64,000 nucleotides of DNA from Antedon mediterranea. Its lineage: Eukaryota; Animalia; Echinodermata. A model generated the notes under the pieces. The model was not told the DNA's origin. It ran no database searches and saw only the letters and a program-made list of their open reading frames with translations. A program made the translations under genes and the position numbers. The stretch is taken from NCBI RefSeq assembly GCF_964355755.1, contig NC_092678.1, positions 15,729,881-15,793,880 on the forward strand, written 5' to 3'. Within the stretch, counting starts at the first letter, position 1; the number at the start of each line of letters is the position of its first letter. This document shows positions 41,361 through 51,987 of the stretch, one piece after another.

Positions 41361-42750
41361 AGTAAATTTTCTTTTGGATGATCCAAAGTCGAATAAAATT
41401 CGTAAACTTACGTTTTCGCGCCGCGGCTCTAGCCAGCTATATATATAAATATATAGCATGCATTTTTTTTACACAAACCAAAAGAAATTAGAAAGGTTTT
41501 CGTTCTAGACCTATAGGATAATCATTTGTGCTGTCTTTGATAAAAATAATGTTTTTCAAATTCCAATCAAATGACGTCATGATAAATAAAAACAATAACA
41601 TCGCTGTATTGTCACGATATTTTTGGTCTTACTAGTCATGACGTCATTTGATTGGACGTGTGAAAATATAATTTTCATCAAAGGAATTGTTTATATTTCT
41701 TTTGGTTTATGTATTGAAAATGCACATTTGTCTCTTTATCGTCGATCGTCATCGTCCTAGTGTATTGGGCCTTATGCTGTAAATGTTCAATTAATTGATC
41801 ATTCCGATTTTATTAGTTGGACTCTTGCACAGTTGCTGTCTAATCGTTGTTGTGTAATATCATTTCGAATCATATTAAAATCATAAAGAGATTCATATTC
41901 CTTAACATTGTGGCTGTGCATGGAAGTCCGGTCTGCAAAAACTCAGGCCCGGGATCATTGTTATTGGGCCTGAAAGTGTTGGTGAATTCATAATTATACT
42001 TAATATTATATTTATATATATATAATATAATTATATTATTATACAATTGAAAGCAAAACCCGTTGAATCTCAAATCATTAGGACTAGAAGTTTGGCTTTG
42101 GCAAATAAATACTTCCGTTCAAAATGAAACTCCAACCTCTCTAATCAAAAGATTGAACTCGAAAACGGACCGTTTTTTGAATTGGGTATGTTGAAACATA
42201 ACAATATTCATTTAAAAAAGTACATTAATTATGGTATTGATCAGTGGCTATAGAGGCGTAAAAACCCTCGGTCAATATCATGTAAAATGCACTGTGGAAG
42301 GGTCATTATTAAGACTGCAAAATTGGGCTTATCAACAAATAAATACTTTCGTTCAAAATTTAAAATCAAGGCTGAAAAATTGGGCTTACCAACAACAAAA
42401 TATTGTATTATTAGACGCGATAACATCAAGGATAATAAGTACTAAGAAAATCTCCTGTTATTGTATATCAATTAATTAATGCTTGAGATTAACGACTCAA
42501 AGGTTAAACAAAATATTTGTTACAAAATGCTTGTCGTTCTTTTCAATATCTCAATATATCGATCATCAAAATTCAAAATTAATCTTTATCAAAAAACTCG
42601 TTACAAAATCAATACTTAATTATAATTTTAATTCTCTTTTAATACTGAAATCACATTATTATTAAACAAATCTCATCAAATACGTAGACTATGCTATCAT
42701 TAAATTAGCAAATGTCGTAATTTAAAAATAATCTTGCAAAAAAAATTAAA

Positions 42751-45700
42751 TCAGTAACTTGTTGCATTATACAAACGTTTTATGAATCGTTTTGGCGATC
42801 CACTTATCGGTATCTGTTTATCATTAATGATCTCTTTAATCAATTTCTCTGTATCGTTATATCTGTCAATATTCCACCAAAATGTGCGATCATTAGATTC
42901 TTGTTTTGCTTTATCAGTGTTGTGTTTGACTAAAGTCGGTTTAGAATACGAAACTAAAACTTGGAAATGTCCTGCTTTAAATCTACCTCGGTTTAATGTA
43001 ATATTTGAATCATTAGGTGCTGTCATAATTAGATTAGTTTGTTCCTTGATTTGTTCTTCTTTCATTTGGAATGGGGCTGCTAATCTCATGTTATTCTCTA
43101 CACAGTCAATGTAAGGTTGCAAGTTAAGGGGTTCTACTTTAGTTGGATGTGTAAGGGTATCTGATTGCAATTTGGCGGGTGTCCTATCATGTTCGTCTAC
43201 AAATTCAACATTGGTTTCGTCATTTACTACATTAATGGTGTTTTGGATTTTATCGTTATTATCATCAGTGGGTTCATTCGACAATTGTTTAAGTTTTTGT
43301 AGATGTGTAAAATGTTTGCGTTCTTTAGGCGTTCTCATAAAACAAGGTTTCAGTCTCTTATAATTGAATACGTCGCGAAGTATTTCTCCTTTAATCGTCG
43401 CTAGGATGTAGTGTGTTCTGTCTAGTACTTCATGAATTACTAATGGTCCGACCCATTCTGCGGCGATTTTCTTTGAATTTGCCGTTAGTGATGATGATGT
43501 TGGCTTATATAAATATACGAGTTGTCCTACTGAGTAAATTGGACTTTTTTCTAAGCGTTGGGAAATCTTTGAGTTTTGGACGTTTTGTTGTGTTCGCTGT
43601 AATTGTAGCATTGTCTGTGAAATGTTTTGAAATTTCTTCTTGAGATGATGAAAGTATTCTTCATAGGAATGAGACAATCCTGAAATAGGGTTAAATGCTA
43701 ATGAGGTCAAACTTGGAGGTTGGCGGCCAAAAACTAATTCGTAAGGGAAGTGGTTTCCTAGATGTGGGGATGAAAACGAGTTATAAGCATAACATGTTGT
43801 TGATACAAATCTAACCCAATCTGTTCCGAATTGGTTAAGGTTGACCTTTAACAGGTCCGATATGGTGCGGATATGACGTTCAACTTGTAAACTACCGTGA
43901 TTGTGGACGCTAATGATTTTCCTATCAATATTAAGGGTGTTACATAATAGTGTTAATAATTTTCCTGTAAGGGAGGTTGCTGCATCTGAAATAAGACGAG
44001 ATGGGGGTCCAAAAATACTGATTACCTTTTGAATTAGTGCTTCACAAATTGTTTCGGCATCAATGGATTTCAAAGGTACACAAATCAAAAATCTAGTTAT
44101 CTCATCACATACTACCACAATATGTTTAAAACCTGAAGGTGATGTTGGCATACTCTTAAAATCTAGACTGAGTGTATGAAAGGGACGGTAAGTTGCTGGT
44201 ACTCGATCGTGTAAAGGACGTAATTTATCGGTTTTGGGACGAAATTGTTGACATCTAAGACACGCTTGGGTATAATTGTTGACTTTCTCGAACATAAGAG
44301 GCATGTAAAATAATTTCCTAATAGTAAGGTAAGTACGCATCGTACCTTGGTGGCTACTTAACAAATTGTCGTGATACTGAGAAATAACAGTCTCGGCTAA
44401 GTTTTCAGGAACAGCTAATTGCAATACAAATTCTCCACCTTTATCTTGGAAAAATAAACGGAATAGTAAACCGTTGCACAATATGTACTGCTCTGACTTA
44501 TTCTGAACTGCACGAGCTGCTTTCTTATCAGCTGGAAGGATATCATGAGCTAAATAATCGTAAACTGGCTTAAAAAATGGTGAAGTTTCTTGTTCAACAC
44601 GTAATTGTTTAACATCTACTGGGAGGTTATAATCTCTAATTATCTTTCTTTGAATAACATCCATTAATCTATCTAAGTCTCGTTGTTTTGGGATGTGTGC
44701 TGATTTAAATTCAGTTATGTTGGGTACTAGTGGTTTGAGCGATGTATACAATTCAACTGGTACATTTCGATGTGTAGTATCTTTGCTTTGCTTACTTTTG
44801 TCTACTAGTCGTTCCTCTGGAGGTTGTCGAATGTTTACATTACGTATTGGGGGTGGTGTTACGATAGGTGGCGTTATGATAGGCGGTGATCGATGTGCGT
44901 TTGTTTGTTGTCTCGTGATTATTTGTGGTGTAGCGGTAGGTTGAGGTGTAGGTCGCGTGTTTGTTGTCACTGGGTTTTGATTAATGACGGGCGTTTGTAC
45001 TGGTTTGGGTTGATGTAGGTCAGGTATATTTATTCCCATTTTCTTGGCGTATGACCTTGTTACTGGTCTGCAAGTAGATGTGTTTGTAATCGGGTTAAGA
45101 GATTCAGTCTCTATAATATTAAATGCAATGGGTACAACTTGATCAATTTCGGAATCGTCGTCACGAGGGGCTCGGGAGAGAAAATCTGCTAAAACTAATT
45201 CAGTTCCTTTCTTATAACCAATTTGGAAAATGTATCCGGACAATCGTAATATTAGTTTTTGTAAACGGGGTGTACATGGCTGATCTTTTGAATTCCAAAT
45301 TTGTACAATTGCTGAGTGGTCTACGAATGCATCAAATTCGCAACCCTTTAGTAAATGTCGAAATGCTGAAACGTTAATGTAAAGTCCAAATAACTCTAAT
45401 TCTGTGACGCTATATCGTTGACTGGCTTGTGGTAAGATTTTGGAATAATAACCTATTATGTGTTCTTTACCGTTTACTGTTTGTGTTAAATATGAACCTG
45501 TTGCGGTTCTTGAAGTGTCGCTATATAGCGTAAATCTACCTTCTTTTCTAGGCATTTGAAGAGTTGGTGGTTTAACCATTAATTGTTTAATTTCGTCAAA
45601 TGCTTTCTGGTGGTCAGTAGACCAAACAAATTTTCGGCGTTTACTTGCGAGTGTATGTAACGGACGTAAAATTGATTGTATTTGAGGGAAAAAATGGGAT

Positions 45701-47466
45701 ACATAATTTACTGCACCAATAAATCGTTTAGTTTCTTTATGGGTTTGTGGGGCTGGCAAATTTCGGATAGCTGCACACCTGTCGCCTAATGGTCTGATAC
45801 ATGCGTGTCTTGAAGAATTAATCAGGATGTTGTGTCCCATATATTGCCCTTTATTCTTGAATAACTTACATTTCTTTAGACAAATTCTAAAACCATTTAA
45901 TTGTAGGGCTTGTAAAACGGAAACGAGGTGCTGCTTATGAGCAAATTTGTCTTGGCTAAATAAAATAATATCATCGTGATGGGCGATACAGAATTCTCTA
46001 GAATTTGGGATTTCATTTAAAATTTCGTCAATCTTTGCTTGAAATATACCTGGCGAAACGTTTAATCCTTGTGCTAATCTCTTATAATAATAATGTTTTC
46101 CACCATGATATGAAGCTATACCTGTATATTGTTGGGCATGTTCGGCTAATGGTACACAGTGGAACGCTGATTTCAAATCAATTACGCTAAGAATCTGTGA
46201 ATTAGCGTTACCTATTGTTTTCAAAGTTTCAGCTAATAATGGGAATGGGTGATTAATACGTTTTATCCTGGAATTTAGATAGCGAAAGTCTGTGACAACT
46301 CTTTCATCTTTTGAATTTTTCTTTGAAACAAGAAGGACAGGGGAAGTATACGATAGGTGTCCTACTGATAAGATTCCTAGTTTGACTAATTTGTTCAATT
46401 CGGCCTCAATAACATGTTTGTCTTTGTCTGTCGCGAAGTATGGTCGAATAAAAAATGGTTCATCGTTAGAGAGGTGTATGTCAGCTTTGAAGTTTGGGCA
46501 GCTAGATAGTTCAACATAAAGTGAAAATCCGTTTCTGTTTTGTTGTAATGTTTTATACAAATCCTCTTTTTCTCTATGTGTTAAAACGCTGTCTGTTAAA
46601 TCAACTTGTTTTCTAATTATTTCTTCCTCGGTTAAAGATAGCAATGGGTCTGTACGTTCTAAATGTGGGTACTTGTTTGCGTTGTCATTGGTCAACTTTA
46701 TTCTATCTATTGGTAGGTTATTAGTAACTGTTACAAGGTTGGTTAAGTGAAGGCTCGCGATAGGTTGATGTGTATTTAGAGATACGTTTCTGTTTGTGTT
46801 GTTAGTGATATCAATGTTGGTTTCTTCTCTATGTAATTTCACTAACATATCTGATGGACAAAGTTTTGAAATATGGGTAGTTGCATGTAGAACAACATCA
46901 GAATTGCGTACAAAGGCGGGAACCCTTCCTTTTAATTTAACTGTTTTAGTATCACCGGGTTTAAGAAAAATCTTGTGTACTGGACGAAAGCTAAAAATCT
47001 TTGGTCTAATGCGAAAGGTGTTTTCCTTAAAATTTAAAGTACCGTCGAGTTCAGACAATATTTCGGTTCCAAGTATCAGGTCAATACCTGTTAAATTGTT
47101 AACGATTAATGCTGAAATTTTAAATTTGTGTCCTTGGATAAATAATTCGAATTGCACTAAGTGGTTGGCATATAAGAAGTCACCGTTACCTAATCGAAAT
47201 TTAGTTGTGTTCACTTTAATTGGCTTTAGACGCGATAAATAAAGTGAGGAATTAACGTACGATTGTGAGATTATAGTTCTAGTTGAACCACTGTCAAATA
47301 AAGTTAAAACATTTCTACCATCTGGTAAATTTCCTTTAACGTAATTTCTGTCGTTAAGTAACAAATCGATCTTATCTGAATTCCCTAAGTATTTTGCCTT
47401 AAAATTGTCGTATTTAGTATGGGGGGCCAGATTATAGGCGGCATCTAGTCCCCTTTTTAAAAATCC
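42751..47466 (-). CDS. pol: Intact Ty3/Gypsy pol (protease, RT, RNase H, integrase), reached by -1 frameshift from gag
   Basis: LFDSGS protease; VTDFRYLN, IDLKSAF, AQGL and AHHDD RT motifs; SDTS/ELEL/VDH RNase H; HHCC plus D,D,E integrase. The frame is open from the GGATTTT site at 47466-47460 through the 1537-aa ORF. Confidence 0.95.
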   Translation of the reverse strand, partial: GFLKRGLDAAYNLAPHTKYDNFKAKYLGNSDKIDLLLNDRNYVKGNLPDGRNVLTLFDSGSTRTIISQSYVNSSLYLSRLKPIKVNTTKFRLGNGDFLYANHLVQFELFIQGHKFKISALIVNNLTGIDLILGTEILSELDGTLNFKENTFRIRPKIFSFRPVHKIFLKPGDTKTVKLKGRVPAFVRNSDVVLHATTHISKLCPSDMLVKLHREETNIDITNNTNRNVSLNTHQPIASLHLTNLVTVTNNLPIDRIKLTNDNANKYPHLERTDPLLSLTEEEIIRKQVDLTDSVLTHREKEDLYKTLQQNRNGFSLYVELSSCPNFKADIHLSNDEPFFIRPYFATDKDKHVIEAELNKLVKLGILSVGHLSYTSPVLLVSKKNSKDERVVTDFRYLNSRIKRINHPFPLLAETLKTIGNANSQILSVIDLKSAFHCVPLAEHAQQYTGIASYHGGKHYYYKRLAQGLNVSPGIFQAKIDEILNEIPNSREFCIAHHDDIILFSQDKFAHKQHLVSVLQALQLNGFRICLKKCKLFKNKGQYMGHNILINSSRHACIRPLGDRCAAIRNLPAPQTHKETKRFIGAVNYVSHFFPQIQSILRPLHTLASKRRKFVWSTDHQKAFDEIKQLMVKPPTLQMPRKEGRFTLYSDTSRTATGSYLTQTVNGKEHIIGYYSKILPQASQRYSVTELELFGLYINVSAFRHLLKGCEFDAFVDHSAIVQIWNSKDQPCTPRLQKLILRLSGYIFQIGYKKGTELVLADFLSRAPRDDDSEIDQVVPIAFNIIETESLNPITNTSTCRPVTRSYAKKMGINIPDLHQPKPVQTPVINQNPVTTNTRPTPQPTATPQIITRQQTNAHRSPPIITPPIVTPPPIRNVNIRQPPEERLVDKSKQSKDTTHRNVPVELYTSLKPLVPNITEFKSAHIPKQRDLDRLMDVIQRKIIRDYNLPVDVKQLRVEQETSPFFKPVYDYLAHDILPADKKAARAVQNKSEQYILCNGLLFRLFFQDKGGEFVLQLAVPENLAETVISQYHDNLLSSHQGTMRTYLTIRKLFYMPLMFEKVNNYTQACLRCQQFRPKTDKLRPLHDRVPATYRPFHTLSLDFKSMPTSPSGFKHIVVVCDEITRFLICVPLKSIDAETICEALIQKVISIFGPPSRLISDAATSLTGKLLTLLCNTLNIDRKIISVHNHGSLQVERHIRTISDLLKVNLNQFGTDWVRFVSTTCYAYNSFSSPHLGNHFPYELVFGRQPPSLTSLAFNPISGLSHSYEEYFHHLKKKFQNISQTMLQLQRTQQNVQNSKISQRLEKSPIYSVGQLVYLYKPTSSSLTANSKKIAAEWVGPLVIHEVLDRTHYILATIKGEILRDVFNYKRLKPCFMRTPKERKHFTHLQKLKQLSNEPTDDNNDKIQNTINVVNDETNVEFVDEHDRTPAKLQSDTLTHPTKVEPLNLQPYIDCVENNMRLAAPFQMKEEQIKEQTNLIMTAPNDSNITLNRGRFKAGHFQVLVSYSKPTLVKHNTDKAKQESNDRTFWWNIDRYNDTEKLIKEIINDKQIPISGSPKRFIKRLYNATSY

Positions 47467-48413
47467 TGCTGGTGGCTAGGGTAGTAATTGTTTGACTGTT
47501 GGTATGGGTATGGCGGGGGATAGTTTCCGTAAGAACGGTTTTGTTGTCGGCAGTACCTTGCTATGTGGCCTGGTTTCCCGCAGTAATAACAGGTTGGGGG
47601 AGGTTGTCTATATCTTGGGGTCGGTGGGGTCTGGAATCGGGGTTTGTATGGGCTTGGGCTTCGGTTTCGTCTTGGGATATAATTTCGGGTGGGGGAACGT
47701 GAGCGTCGAGTATCATCATTAAGGGATCGTTTTGTTGTGGCCATGTCTAACTTGATAGAATTTATCTCATGTTGGAGCGATTCGAGACTATCTGTTTCCT
47801 TATTGATATTGAATGAAACTTCCCGTGTGGCATCATCTACGGAAAGGTCAAGGTAATTTTGTGTGCTATTTACGATATTGTCAATAGTGGCATCGATTGG
47901 GGTGGACATGGCTACAGCTGCTCTACATTTTGGTGGAAGGGTCGAAATAAATTTATTCTTTATCTGCTGGTCAGCGTATCCAATTCTGTCTGCGGCTTGT
48001 TTGATTTTGGTTAAGTGTTTTTCGGCATTGTCGCCAGTGGTGTAAGTAATTGAATCGTATTCTCTTATGTGCGCATAGATTGATTTGTTTTTACTAAACC
48101 TGTTGATGAATTGGGTTTTTAAGGATTCCAGTGAATCGAACTGCTTTCCCTCAATCCAGAGTCTAGCTTGGCCCTGGAGGCTACGTTTAAAAATACTTAT
48201 TACATTAATTAATTGGGCATTGTTTACAGGGTTTTCTAAAGTGTGGGCCTCAAGGTAGTCGGTAAACGATAAGTAATGTGCACTACATTGGTCGTGATCG
48301 GTTATGGAACCGTCATATCTTTTGGGAAGGAAATCGGTTTGTCTTAGGTGGGGCACGGGATGAGGATTGACGGGCTCATTTAAAATTACTTCGTTATCAA
48401 CAACGTCGACCAT
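47457..48413 (-). CDS. gag: Gypsy Gag with CCHC zinc knuckle
   Basis: 318-aa ORF with a retrotransposon capsid-like FKRSLQGQARLW motif and CYYCGKPGHIARYC. Confidence 0.93.
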   Translation of the reverse strand: MVDVVDNEVILNEPVNPHPVPHLRQTDFLPKRYDGSITDHDQCSAHYLSFTDYLEAHTLENPVNNAQLINVISIFKRSLQGQARLWIEGKQFDSLESLKTQFINRFSKNKSIYAHIREYDSITYTTGDNAEKHLTKIKQAADRIGYADQQIKNKFISTLPPKCRAAVAMSTPIDATIDNIVNSTQNYLDLSVDDATREVSFNINKETDSLESLQHEINSIKLDMATTKRSLNDDTRRSRSPTRNYIPRRNRSPSPYKPRFQTPPTPRYRQPPPTCYYCGKPGHIARYCRQQNRSYGNYPPPYPYQQSNNYYPSHQQDF

Positions 48414-49149
48414 ACTTTATAATAATAATTATTAATCAAATATCAAAAACAATTTAGTGTATATATATGTAAACTCTCACTTTTTCAATCAAGGTTACAA
48501 ATCAAAAATCAAAATGGTTTTGACTTACCCCAAAGGCTTTGGATCCAATTAAAAATGAATTAAAGGAATGCAAAAAGTGTTCAAAAATGTTTAAATGTTC
48601 AAACAACGAATTAAAGAAATGTTAAAGTGCTCATCAATGTTCAACTTTTCAAACAACGAATTCAAAAAAAATGCGAAAGGTGTTCATCAATGTTCAAAAA
48701 AAGTAAATGTTAAAAAAAAACGATCGAAAGAAAAAAAAACGGCGTGAAGTTGAAAGTGTCCAAACGAAACAGTTCTTGTCCGCTTGCTTCTGTTTTGATT
48801 CTTCTTGGGTCTTCCTCGATTATCTTCTTTGTCTTTATCCAATGGTTATAATTTGATAAAGTTTCTGCTTGTCTCGATCTCATTCAAAAATAATTTCAGC
48901 TTGTCTTTTGTGTCTTCCTCGATTATCTTCTTTGTCTTCATCCAATGGTAATAATTTGATAAAATTTCTGCTTGTCTCGATCTCATTCAAATATAATTTC
49001 AGCTTGTCTTTTGAGTCAAAGTAAATTTCTGGTTTTCTCCTTTCAAACAAATATGGTTATTTTTGTCTTCGTCTTCGTCTTCGTGTCTTGTTAAGTGTTT
49101 ATTTCTTGTTTTCTCACTCTGTTCCTTATGAAATTCGGGTCTTCCACCA

Positions 49150-49767
49150 TGTAATATAATGTTGCGTTGTTGAGGTACTAATGAAGGCTCTTACTCGCTT
49201 GACTGTCGTAACACATATATTGTTTATTCAGTATAATACTTCAGTACAATATACAACTATAAGTATATATAAGGAACGGAGGATCAATGATGCTGTCGGT
49301 GAGGTGTGAAGAAGTGGCTGTGAGGTGTGTGCTCCGTGAGGTGGCTGTAAGGTGTGTGCTCCGTGAAGTGGCTGTAAGGTGTGTCTGGGCCCTTCTGAAA
49401 CTTGGGAGTATATTGGCCCTCGGTTCATTTACATATGTCACTACGTAATCTTAGAGGTTACTGATTGGTCCTAAGTTGGTCCAGGGGTGTTTAAGTGGGA
49501 ATGATTGATCTTATCTGGGGAGGTTACAATGATGAATTGGCCCTGTCGAATCTCTGCTTAAAACTGTCAATATCTAATTGTTTTACGATGGGAACAGTCG
49601 CAAAGTTAAGCTAAGTGTTTTCTTTAGGGACTCTATTATAAACTAAATGGTCATTAAAACATCTGGACAAACTCTCCTCTGGACTTTCTGGGTCAAGTTT
49701 GTGAAGCTATTTAAATTCCGATACAAAGGTCAATTTCTTAAATATAAAGGTATATCGTTATATTACA
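49150..49767 (-). mobile_element. 5' LTR (618 bp) of the intact Gypsy element, with adjacent PBS
   Basis: TGTAATATAA...TTATATTACA inverted termini; on minus followed directly by TGGTGGAAG (PBS, possibly tRNA-Ala); internal repeats of about 30 bp at 49313-49385; host unit resumes at 49768. Confidence 0.88.
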
Positions 49768-50247
49768 AAAGTTACAAATCTATAAAATGTTACTTTAAAC
49801 TGTGTTTAAACTTAAAAAATCGACTCTCCATTAAGATTATTTCTGATCGTAACACAGTTTGGGAAACCGTACTATACCTGAGTATTTAAAAGTATCAGTA
49901 CGGGCTCTACCATATGAAAGGTAAATATATGGTGTAAAAAAAAAAACCCAGCAGAATCAACATAGATAACAGATGCCTCTCATAACGACGTTTTCGTATT
50001 CTTATTTTGCTATATTGGCGATCGAAAACCATTCGTAATATTTATAACGTATGACGTCATATACTGTAATTTAATTTAATTATGCTAATATTAGTTTCCT
50101 TTTGGTTAACTTTAGTTGATGTTCATTAGGACAATTTCAGCCAGACAATCTAAACAAACACTTAAGTTGCAATTTGTTCTAGGTTCACCCTAATTTTGAC
50201 TTATTTTTTACTGGATTAAGATTGAATGACATCATAACTATGTTTTA

Positions 50248-50326
50248 TACTCCTTTCACACCAAATAAGCAAAACTCCCGAGACACTCCGGAGTTGACGC
50301 CCCGGTGTTTTGGTGTGAAAGGGGTA
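50248..50326. mobile_element. PIF/Harbinger-type MITE, internally collapsed version 3 (79 bp)
   Basis: Same termini, TTA TSD and flanks as 6155 and 37338; interior deleted at the internal GGTGTGAAAGG repeat. Confidence 0.75.
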
Positions 50327-51097
50327 TTAGAAACGTCGTTTTTGTGACACTGTCTGTGTTTCATACGGCAGAATGTCATTTTAAACTAAACTGGTCTAAC
50401 GTATTTTAAATGAATACAGTGTGTACAGGTAGGAGGAGAAACTGTTGACGTTGTTTATCTGACAACTTGGTAATACAGAACATCATGACATCACATGCCT
50501 CTATCATTAGCTTATGAATTACACGTTATGGTATATGATAGTAGGTGATACATGTGAAACATGTGATGTTGTATTATCGAATGTTCATATGATTCTATAG
50601 AAATCGAGATACAATACCAAGAATCAGGTGTATGTTAGATGTTACTTCGGCTTGGAATGGAGGTCTTATCTTTAACCTCCTTAATTCTGTAATGTGCCTG
50701 TACAATTTTTTGATGAGGCAAACATTATACCGTGTATACATGGATAGAGTGCCGTATAGACATTGTATTGTCTAATTGCTTAATCCTTTCTGAAAAAGTG
50801 TACAGTTTCAGAATGTCAGTTTAAACTTGGCTGGTCCAACATATTTGAGATGAATGCAGTGTGTAGAGGTAGGAGGAGAAACTGTTGGGATTGTTTTTTT
50901 TCTATAAACGTCCAACCGTACGAGAATCGGGTGTCCTTACAAAAACGTGTATTTCTATTAAAACGTTTTAACATTTTACATACTATGTCCACAGGCCTAC
51001 GTAGTGTGTTGAATGCAAAATAGAATTTGGTAGCCCGATAAATTGTTCAGAGCATAATAAACAACTGCATGTAGATTATTTCATTGTTACTCAGTTA

Positions 51098-51169
51098 AGT
51101 TTTAACTCAGAAGCAAACGCAGAAAATGCACCATGCTCTATGGTAGTTATAGCGTTATCATCTAAATAC
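51098..51169 (-). pseudogene. Divergent LRR exon (YLDDNAITTIEHGAFSAFASELKL)
   Basis: tttccAG acceptor, 72 open nt, no canonical donor. Confidence 0.6.
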
Positions 51170-51915
51170 CTGGAAATAAATCAATATACACACATTTCCA
51201 AGAGGTATTGTAAAACTACTATATAACAATACAATAACTAGAATAACAATCAAGTTTTCTGCTATATTTCATAGTACAGTTATGTAATTGTTTTCTTTAT
51301 TTCAGTGGCCGATTTAGACTTTCTCTGACTCACGAATAATTGTCAAAGGCAGACTAATTTTGTGTGTAGTGTTTAGAAACAGATATCACATCACAAGCAA
51401 GCCATTACTGAACCATACAATGTGAGTGAAGAAATCAAGATTATTGACTGTGGTCCCTTTATTTATAAAACTTGAAAATCAGATAAATGGATAAACTCTG
51501 GAAAATGGTATGTTCACATTTCAACTTAAGTTAATCTTACGGACGGATGACGTGAATAATGTACGTAGGCCTACAATCCAATTTAGGTCCGATTTGTTGC
51601 ACGTGCGAATAAAGAACCAGTGCTATTCCACCTCACGGGGGATAAATAACCGAGTCCTCTCATAATTACATTATTTTTCATTTAATAAAATTTAAGTTAT
51701 AATAATAATTTACTGTAAAACTAACGAATCAAAACATTAATACACACACTACAACTACATGAGCCTATGTTAGAATAACGGATACATCATTCATAAAAAA
51801 AAAATCCAGTATTGCAAAGGATTAGCCTACAAATGAAATAATATAAAAATAAATGTTATATTACAACGAAAATATACTTTTTTCAAAAGTATGATAAACA
51901 ATAGAAAGCACTCAA

Positions 51916-51987
51916 AGTATTATCAATGATGTCAAACCATCAAACACATTTGCTGATATTGTAGTTATTTGATTACTGTATAAACTC
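51916..51987 (-). pseudogene. 72-nt LRR exon with mutated donor (SLYSNQITTISANVFDGLTSLIIL)
   Basis: Acceptor and frame intact; donor TTgagt, the same lesion as 34242-34313. Confidence 0.75.

Noticed and set aside
41870-42073. Possible env ORF downstream of pol
   Set aside because: Only 67 aa, low complexity, no envelope motifs visible.
42782-48045. Plus-strand ORFs overlapping Gypsy gag/pol (likewise 19679-20119 and 10647-10850 opposite other TE ORFs)
   Set aside because: Antisense shadows of real coding frames with no recognisable motifs.
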